Source: Vairimorpha necatrix
Taxonomy: Eukaryota
Assembly (NCBI GenBank): GCA_036630325.1
Contig: CP142731.1
Location: 186,001 to 250,000, forward strand
Direction: 5' to 3'
Length of the DNA stretch: 64,000 nt
Position 1 is the stretch's first letter; each line of letters begins with the position of its first letter. Both the position numbers and the translations under genes were made by a program. Shown piece after piece: positions 56,013 to 64,000 of this stretch. The notes under the pieces were generated by a model. The model saw nothing but the letters and a program-made list of their open reading frames with translations. It made no database searches and was not told where the DNA came from.

Positions 56013-56675
56013 TTACATTTTCTCCAAAATATCAAATATCTTTGTTTTCTCAACTATCAGTTCAGTCCATTTCGTTATCTTCTTTTCTTTTCTCATTTCC
56101 TCATATTCATTCCTATCTACCATCTTAATATCTTGCACTTCTTCTTTATTCATTTTCACTCCTACTTGTTTTTTACAAACAAAAATGTAATCAACTTCCC
56201 ATTCGAAAAAATTTTCACTTTTTTTCTCCATCTCAATATTTTCTACTATTGGAAATTCTTTATATTCCTGAGCTTTTGGTTCTCCGTCGAGTAAATGTCC
56301 ATAATATTCAGTATCAGTCGCTTTATATAACAATCTGCCTATAAATTGCAGTTCTTCTTCTTTTATACCAGTAAGACCTAATTCATAATCCATTCTTTTA
56401 ATTAAATGGTTTTTAGCATCTTGAATTGGGTCACTAAAAGATAAGGCATTTAGAAAAGGATGAGAGCAGACAGAATTGGCCCATTTATTGGGGAAAACTA
56501 GTTTAGAACTTGATCTTTGTTGGATCAATAGCTTGTTATTGTCGTCTACGAGGAATAAAGAGAAAGCCCTGTGTAGAGACAAGTGGGTTTTGTAGTGACC
56601 TGTAAGTGCCTTTATAGTTCCTACAATGTTGTCGTGTTCATCTACTACTATTAAGTCTTTATTGTAGTTATCCAT
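56013..56675 (-). CDS. IDI1: Isopentenyl-diphosphate delta-isomerase, type 1
   Basis: LHRAFSLFL, LLIQQRS..KLVFP..WANSVCSHP and EWEVDYIF. Likely start is Met at 56675, after CCC. Confidence 0.93.
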   Translation of the reverse strand: MDNYNKDLIVVDEHDNIVGTIKALTGHYKTHLSLHRAFSLFLVDDNNKLLIQQRSSSKLVFPNKWANSVCSHPFLNALSFSDPIQDAKNHLIKRMDYELGLTGIKEEELQFIGRLLYKATDTEYYGHLLDGEPKAQEYKEFPIVENIEMEKKSENFFEWEVDYIFVCKKQVGVKMNKEEVQDIKMVDRNEYEEMRKEKKITKWTELIVEKTKIFDILEKM

Positions 56676-57016
56676 TAGAAGGGCGCAAAAAATATTTAAG
56701 ATGAATGTACCAAATTTGATCATTTTCCGTTTTTAATTAAAAATAAGATAAATTATAAAATTTGTCAGCTCAAATGTTACATGATTTTATATTTAAAAAA
56801 CACTTCAAACATCAAATTTGCTTTTTTTGTCGTTAGATAATTTAAATTAATGAAAATTAAATTTATACGTTAGAAAATTAAGTAAAGTAGTTATCAAATT
56901 GATTTATTGATCATTTAAAAATAAATTTGTTATCAAATATGTGTTAATCGTTTAATTTTGTTTGTTTACTTTACATTCAATACAATAAAATTATTATTAA
57001 TTTTCTTTGTTTAAAT

Positions 57017-57319
57017 TTATTTGTAAAGGTAGAAAGGATAAAGATAAATCATCAGTAAAATGTTTGAAATTGATAACGTGATTTCTAAGATGAGCCTTCC
57101 TTTACTGGAAAATATAAAAAATAAAGATTCAATAAAAAAACTAAGACAAATGAAAAAATATGAAGACGGCGTCTTTATATTTCTTATAGACAACAATCTC
57201 AAGGATATGACAAGAAATACGAACATATAAATGGATTTGTAGTTATAAAACAAAGCAACGTATTTGAGAAGAGAATACAATTTTAAATAATAAGGGAGAA
57301 GTCCTGTATCTTTTTTCAT
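57017..57319 (-). CDS. Small multi-pass membrane hypothetical protein
   Basis: CCCTC precedes the ATG; 3-4 hydrophobic segments. Confidence 0.65.
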   Translation of the reverse strand: MKKDTGLLPYYLKLYSLLKYVALFYNYKSIYMFVFLVISLRLLSIRNIKTPSSYFFICLSFFIESLFFIFSSKGRLILEITLSISNILLMIYLYPFYLYK

Positions 57320-57773
57320 GAGGGATATAGAAAATTGTAAAAATAATATGGAAACCCATAAAAGGTAAATAGAAAATTAAAAAATGAACACAGAAATTAA
57401 AATTGTATTTTTAAACGGCAAATAAAAAATTTTAATTGCAAAAAAATAAATGTCAACCTTAGCCATATCAAGTAAAAACCACATTCGTCACTTTAAGGGA
57501 AAATCGTCAGTAAAACGTAAATTTAGATTTGTTTGGCAGTTTTTACAAATTTGTTGGTAAAATGTCTAATTACCAATTTTTTATAAAAATCTATTTTAAA
57601 GATATTTACATGAATTTTTAATTTAATTGACTTCATAAACTATGAAGATTATTGGCTTTTTTTTTTATGAATTTCAACTACTAACATCATTTTAAATTAG
57701 AAAATATTCATAATTTCTAAAAGTGTTTGTTTGTGTATGATTTTGTTTGTTTTCTTAATGTAATTTAATTCTA

Positions 57774-58108
57774 CCGGGGTTTCGGGTTATAAGATCCACC
57801 CCAAAGTCGAATTTTACGACTTTTTAAATTGGAATTTATATACTAGTTGAAGAGATCACCCCATGCCCAAATGGTAAAAAAGCAAATATTTAATTTCCCC
57901 AGTAATCTGCAACTTTAAAATAGTCATACTTATGTTGCCATTGTTTTCACGCAATTTTTGTAATCCTTCTGATTTTTCTTTTAGCGTGTAAGGTTTTTTT
58001 TTCATGGGGTTAAGTTCCAAAAAATTTTATAAGAAATTTCAATATTTTATATCAATAGATAAGATCCATGGTCTTTTCTATAAGTGGATCTTATAACCCG
58101 AAAACCAG
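57774..58108. mobile_element. MITE with ~26 bp TIRs and TA flanks (Tc1/mariner/pogo-type)
   Basis: TA|CCGGGGTTTCGGGTTATAAGATCCAC ... GTGGATCTTATAACCCGAAAACCAG|TA. Confidence 0.8.
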
Positions 58109-58124
58109 TAATATGTTTTTTATA

Positions 58125-59500
58125 ATGCTATCTAATAGGTTGATTTTATAGATTAATAGGCTGTTTTATTTATATTATTTTTTATGTATATTAAAACATA
58201 TATAAATTGCAATAGAAGCTCATTATTTAATTATTTATTTACTCAAAGTTATTTTAATGTAAATTTTTGTTCATATAAGAATATTAATTTATCATCCCCG
58301 TCTTTTTTTTCGAATAGATTTCTATACTATTAGTTATCCAAAGGGAAAATATCACATCCTAAAATCATAAAAATTCAATGTGTTTTTTTTGTGTGCCAAT
58401 AGCAGTTTTTTACATTTAATAGTCCATTTTGCATATTTTTTATTCAATTCTACATATTAAGCATTAGATTTGTGTGTTTTGTTTAATAGGCCATTTTTAA
58501 CATAGTCTTTGTAATAAAAAAACGAGTTTCTATATTTAATAGGTTTTTTTTATACTTTTCGTTCTTAAAGATTCTTTTGTCCCGATTTGTTCTTTTTATG
58601 TCTAATAAACCATTTTCCACACATTTTGTTATAATTGGTTTTTTTCTAGGTACTTAAATTATCTTTTTTTTTGTATTGGGCCATTTTCATTGAATTTTGT
58701 TATAATTGGTTTTTTCTAGGTACTTATATTACCTTTTTTTTTTGTCTGAAGGAATTTAGCAATACTTTTTGTTTTAATAGGTTTCTTTTTTACAAATGAT
58801 TTGTATATTTTGCTTAATAGGGCATTTTTGACTCATTTAAAATTCAATAGGTTTATTTTCATCCAAAAATGATCTTTTTAAATTTAATAGGCTATTTTAG
58901 CTACTTTTATAATTTTATAGGTTTTTACACATTCTTTTTTTACTAATGATTCGTTACGTTCTTAAGTATATTTTAATATATAATTATGTTTTTTTAATGT
59001 TGTTCTAAGTTTATTTTATGTATTTAAAAAATATGTTGTCCTCTTATGAGTTTTTCGCTTACTTTTTAGGCCAATAAGTTTAATTGTTTTTTGTATATTT
59101 GTTGTGTTAGGTCTTTTGCAAGTATCTTTTGTTTTAATTGGTTTTTTAAAGTACTTACATTATTTTTCTACATGGGTTTGTTTTAATAGGTTTATTCTTA
59201 TTCTCATATAGATTCTTTCGCATTAGGTTTATTTTTCGAAAATTAGGTGTTTATTTCTACCCGATAGGTTGTTATGTTTTCTTGGATATATTTTTTTTAC
59301 CAATGGGGTTGTTTTATACCTTCAAATATTCATATCATGTATATAGGTTCATTATTAGGTCTATAAATATCTTATTATGTCTAATAGGTTTATTATGTAC
59401 CCATAAAATGCATTTTATAAGCCTTATAGGTTTTTTGTTCCGAGAAACCCCTCCTTTTTTTTCTAATAGGTTTATTCATTTGCATTTTACAGGTTAATTA
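58125..59500. repeat. Cryptic satellite-like region with a recurring TAATAGGyT core
   Basis: TAATAGG/TAATTGG-type cores recur many times, often ~30-45 bp apart, in T-rich spacers. Confidence 0.55.
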
Positions 59501-59717
59501 TCAATTTAATAAGTGTTTTTTTTTTAAGTCTGATTCTGAGACATAAATTATAACAAGACTTTTTTAGTGAAAAAAATAGAAAAAATCCGTAAATTTTTTT
59601 ATATTACTCCTTTTATGTCATAAAAATCAAAAAGGATCTGTCCCTATTTCCTTTGTTATTCAAGTAACCAATAATTATTTAGTAGCTAATAAATACAAAT
59701 TTTCCCCTATAAAACAT

Positions 59718-59990
59718 ATGACATATTCCAATAGAACCGGATACTTCGACTTCAAAACCAGTATAAAAGGCGTAGAAACAGATATTAAAATCTTAGAAAC
59801 GCCAACGCACATCTTTATTTATGTAAGTCAAGCCGAAGAACAAATTAATTTATTTGATGATGAATTGAAAAACATTTTAAAAAAACGAAATATAAAAAGG
59901 AGAAAGGAGTTGGAAGTTTTTTGTAATTTAAAAAGTGAAGAAAATCTCGATGATGTTGGTGTTTACATTCATACTTTGTTTGTTAAATGA
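59718..59990 (+). CDS. Small hypothetical protein, weakly like proteasome assembly chaperone PAC3
   Basis: CCCC upstream. IKGVETDIKILETPTHIFIYVSQ recalls the PAC3 N-terminus; the product call is tentative. Confidence 0.55.
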   Translation: MTYSNRTGYFDFKTSIKGVETDIKILETPTHIFIYVSQAEEQINLFDDELKNILKKRNIKRRKELEVFCNLKSEENLDDVGVYIHTLFVK

Positions 59991-60006
59991 TTTATTAAAA
60001 TTTTTA

Positions 60007-60513
60007 CTATACGATTTTATAAACATTTTTCATATTTTCTATAAGCTTTTCTACTTTGGATTCGTTATATAGACATTCCTTGTTTATTTGTTCATATTCT
60101 TCTTCAAGTGTTTTCAGTTGTTTTTCTAAGTCTTCATTATATTGTTCTATTTCTTTTGTTTTCTCATTACAATATTCTATTAGTTTTAGTTTATCTTCTA
60201 CTAGATATGATTCAAGTATCTCTTTTATGTATCCTTCGTCATTTATATCTCCAACATCTTGATTATCTTTGATCAAAAGATCGAGCGTGTTCAATTTATT
60301 CTCAAGATCATATTCTTTAATTTTACGTTTAAAAAGATCCGAAAGTTGAATTCTAAGAGTTTCGACTTTCTCTTTTATATCAATGGGATTTATTGTAGAG
60401 TTATAAAACGAGTCAGGTGTATTTGTAGTATCTAAATTTACACTTAATATTTCTTGTATAGCTTTCTTATAGACAAGTTTCAATTTGCTGAATCTGGCGC
60501 CAGATTTATTCAT
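60007..60513 (-). CDS. Nnf1-like kinetochore (MIND complex) coiled-coil protein
   Basis: RFSKLKLVYKKAI...YDLENKLNTLDLLI followed by a coiled coil. CCCCCC precedes the ATG. Confidence 0.6.
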   Translation of the reverse strand: MNKSGARFSKLKLVYKKAIQEILSVNLDTTNTPDSFYNSTINPIDIKEKVETLRIQLSDLFKRKIKEYDLENKLNTLDLLIKDNQDVGDINDEGYIKEILESYLVEDKLKLIEYCNEKTKEIEQYNEDLEKQLKTLEEEYEQINKECLYNESKVEKLIENMKNVYKIV

Positions 60514-61472
60514 AGGGGGGAATCAGAAAATAAACAAAGGAATAGTCAAGAAGAAATGCAAGATTTAATATTTATCAAGATTGATAGATTAATATTTAAC
60601 AAAGTTTCATTGTAATGGATTGGGTGAAATATGTATTAATTTTACTTAAACCACTGTAAAAAACAATAAAATTCTTTTTATATTTTTATATTAAAATTTT
60701 CAATTGTTTCCATTTTTTCTTCTTTTCTTGGTCAAAAAATCTTATTATTGCTAAGCTAAGATTCCAATTTTAATGTGCAAATTATTCATTTTTTTACAAA
60801 TCTGATTTCTAATTAAATTTTAAGGTTGTTATGTGTGCAGCGATCATTTTATGTCATGTAAAGCCATTACCTATGCCTTTAGTATTTTATAAGATTTCTT
60901 CATGTTATTTATTATTGATCAATTCCCTAAATTTGATTTTCCAAAATTAACACAGTATATTAAATTTTAAATAAAACGGGCGACTGTCTCTTTTATCTGT
61001 CTTGCCCATTTGTAGGCGAAAATCGACTGCGTTGCAAACATTCGGTTGATTCTAATTACAATAACAAAAAAAATTTATTTGAGAAATGAAATCTTTTTGT
61101 ATTTGTTAATTTAATTCATTGTTTTGACATGACAGCTTCGATTTTTGAAGTGAAAAAATTATTCCTCAATAATTTACAACCAATAATCAATTTGTTTGGT
61201 GATTGATTCGTACTAGAGAGCTACATTTACATCAGAAGCATGCCTAGACATAGTTTAGAACATATATCTTTATTAATTTTAGACTTAAATTGCCTTTAAT
61301 TGAATTTTTTGACTACTAGATACATGTTGATTAATTAGATATAGTTGATTTAGATTTTGTTTGTTTACTAACATATGTACTATTAAAATTTTGATTTTTT
61401 ATATTTTTAATATAGTATGTTTGTTTTTACAAATCAAAATTAAATTTTTAAACATTTAGTTTACATCCTTCC

Positions 61473-62285
61473 ATGGATCGTAGATTTATTTACTTTTTAT
61501 ACAGTATTACGTTTTACTTACGTTTAATTATATTGACATACGTTATGAAAATCTCTAATTTACAAAAATATTCTGAGTTCAATATCCTGCTGTTAAAATC
61601 TTTACTGATGAATACTTTTACTTATTGTTATATCTTTTATATTTTATATACTAGAAATCTACTCCAATTAAAACTTTACAAAGTTCTTCTTTTGAGTAAT
61701 ATGGTCGACATGTATTTCATATTTACTTGTCTAAGTGTTGATTATTTGATAATTTTCGTATATCAGACGTTAATAGTTGCAGATATTCTAATAGAAATGT
61801 ATTGTGTTAAAAAATTTTACGTTGAATTTATGATTCATTACTTAAAAAAAATAGGTATTGGGTTTCAAGACTACAAAATCTATGTAGCAAAACAGAAGGC
61901 TAAATTGTGCATTATAATTTATACGATGCATGTTATAATAGAAATATTCTATACTTGGAATTTAAATGATATATTTAAAATCACGTTTATAGGGATTTTT
62001 TATATGATTTTTTTACAAAAAAGGTATTTTAAAAATTTTTTATTTTTTTCAATCTTTTTTAAAGTCTCGCAAGTTTTGATGAAGATTTATTTTTTATTGT
62101 TTACAGCTCGATTTTGTAGTACAGGAATTTTATATACATCGATTTTTAAATGTAAAATTCCAAAAAGTTCTTATAGTAAAATTATACCATCTTTGACAAA
62201 CAGTTCTTTAGTGGAGATTGTAAATTATTCGTATGAATTGTTTTTATTGGCGTTTTTAATGCATTATTCTTATGTATCGCGATAA
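61473..62285 (+). CDS. Multi-pass membrane hypothetical protein
   Basis: About 7 hydrophobic segments. AATAAA overlaps the stop. Confidence 0.65.
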   Translation: MDRRFIYFLYSITFYLRLIILTYVMKISNLQKYSEFNILLLKSLLMNTFTYCYIFYILYTRNLLQLKLYKVLLLSNMVDMYFIFTCLSVDYLIIFVYQTLIVADILIEMYCVKKFYVEFMIHYLKKIGIGFQDYKIYVAKQKAKLCIIIYTMHVIIEIFYTWNLNDIFKITFIGIFYMIFLQKRYFKNFLFFSIFFKVSQVLMKIYFLLFTARFCSTGILYTSIFKCKIPKSSYSKIIPSLTNSSLVEIVNYSYELFLLAFLMHYSYVSR

Positions 62286-62344
62286 TAAAGATATTATTTT
62301 TAAAACAATAGTTTTTATTTTATAAACAGGAATTCTTTAAATAT

Positions 62345-62830
62345 TTTTGGGGCAAGGTCAGCTTTAGATTTTATTTGCTAAATCTACAATACAAAAAGGC
62401 TTTAGTTTACTATGTCATAAATTTAAAAAATTTTCATTTTATTTAGGTCCAAATCAGCTTTAGCCTTTGTTGTTATATTTTTCATCAAAAGAACGTTAAT
62501 TTTTTTATTTATAAATTAGAAATCTATGATTTTTTTAGGGCAAAAGTCGGCTTTAGTTTTTATTTATTTTTTTTTTATATTAAAGCAAACATTTTCTAGG
62601 GGTACGTCGGCTTTAGACTAATTTGTTATATTTTATAGCAAAAAATGTATGTCTATTAATTCTCAGTTAAATTTTAAATTTGTTCGGGCCAAGGTCTGCT
62701 TTAGTATTTATTGTTATATTTTACAACAAAAAAAGCGTTAGTTTGTTGTTTTATAAATTTTTTTATTAAAAAATAATTGGCTTAAAGTTAGCTTTAGTCT
62801 TTATTTGTCTTTTACAGTAAAAAAGCATTA
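62345..62830. repeat. Degenerate minisatellite, about 6 units of 60-100 bp
   Basis: The core GGGCmAAGGTCrGCTTTAG recurs at ~62349, 62446, 62538, 62599, 62686 and 62779. Confidence 0.7.
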
Positions 62831-62960
62831 GTTTGTTATTTATTATATTGCAATTTTCAATTTATTTGCTATATTTACAATATTTGGATTAATTTACTTT
62901 TGTTAATTATTTTAACTTTTGTTTTTCTTTGCAACATAGTAATAAAAATATATTGTACAA

Positions 62961-63821
62961 GGCTAATTTTCACTTTATCCCCCCCTTACCAATATAAATA
63001 CAGAATTTTTTATTTTTAGCCCTGTTTTTTAAAAGTCGAAGCGTCCAGAGCGGAAAGGAACAGAGAAAAATTTACATAAGTAAAAAAAAGGTCTTAGAAA
63101 TATCTAATTTGATCATAGTTTATGAAAAATATATTATTTAAACCAATTTAATAATGTTTTCGAAAAAACTATGAGTTAAATAGAAGTCTAAATTTGTAAA
63201 AATATGTTTTAACCTATTGCTTTCTTTTGTCATTACATTTAATTTTTGCTAAAGATAAACATGTTTATACTTAGTTTATGTTGTTTAAAACAGAATCTAG
63301 GTTAGGTTATTCTTAGTTTGGTAGTATATTCATTAGTCTTGTTTTTTAGGTTTTTATTGGTTTTTCTAGACAAACAAAGTAAAAATAATGTTATATTTAT
63401 GCTCTTTTAAGAATTATTGAATCGTATAGAATGTCAATTTATTAATATATGTTATATTTTAGCTCCAAAAGTAAAATATTACATGTTTGGAAAATTCTTT
63501 AATTCTTGAAAAATATTCATTAATAACAGCAAATGAACCTTATAAATATTGTTTATATAGAGATTTCGTTGTTATACATTGCAATGTACAATAAAGATAA
63601 ATCTTGATCAATAATTGGAAGAAGGAAATTTTTAAAAAATTGAAAAAAAAAAACGAAAAAACAATTGTTTTATTTTTGGTAAATATGCTATTTTATTACA
63701 ACTTTATTTTTTTGACTTTTGCTCCTTCACATTTTTTCCGCTTCGAATTTCGAAAAAAAGGGATATTTTTTAAAAATTCTTAATTTATATTGGTAAGGGG
63801 GGGATAAAGTGAAAATGCTCC
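62961..63821. mobile_element. Intact MITE with ~39 bp TIRs and a 9-bp TSD (Merlin- or Mutator-type)
   Basis: TIR GGnnnATTTTCACTTTATCCCCCCCTTACCAATATAAAT at both ends. TSD ATTGTACAA at 62952-62960 and 63822-63830. Confidence 0.9.
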
Positions 63822-64000
63822 ATTGTACAAAAATAAAATAAGGCTTTCTTTATTTATATTAAAAATTTACAAAGTCTCAGGTTGTTATTAAAATTCCTAT
63901 ATAATCCAATTTCTAAATTTCACATTTTAATTTTCAGTTGGAATATTTTTTTAATTTACAGTTAAATATTTAAAAAATTAAAAATCAAATTATTATTTTG

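Noticed and set aside
62345-62830. CRISPR-like repeat-spacer array
   Set aside because: The context is eukaryotic, the repeats are degenerate, spacer lengths are irregular and partly homologous, and there are no cas genes.

Overview
This is a very AT-rich, intron-free eukaryotic window that looks microsporidian (Nosema/Vairimorpha-like). The signs are compact fungal-type housekeeping genes, a CCC-like motif just before most ATGs, AATAAA at or near stop codons, and dispersed 5S rRNA genes. Two gene-dense flanks (0.3-6.7 kb and 46-62 kb) carry Cef1/Myb, Spa2-like, RFC, Bud20, DnaJ, PMT/MIR, Sec20-like, GATA, RRM, Sof1, IDI and Nnf1-like genes plus three 5S copies. They enclose a ~39 kb gene-poor island (6.9-46 kb) of nested mini-LTR Ty3/gypsy elements, Ginger-like and Merlin-like remnants, a LINE fragment, a tRNA-headed SINE-like retroposon and a short dispersed retroposed RNA element. 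The only intact-looking host genes in the island encode predicted secreted or surface proteins. The best candidate for an undescribed system is a four-member family of type-I membrane proteins. Each has a signal peptide, a divergent 6-Cys head domain, a variable mucin-like stalk, one TM helix and a Tyr-motif tail; two end in a PDZ-ligand-like motif, and one has its family-type tail out of frame at a T homopolymer. All calls come from reading the sequence by eye; no database searches were run.
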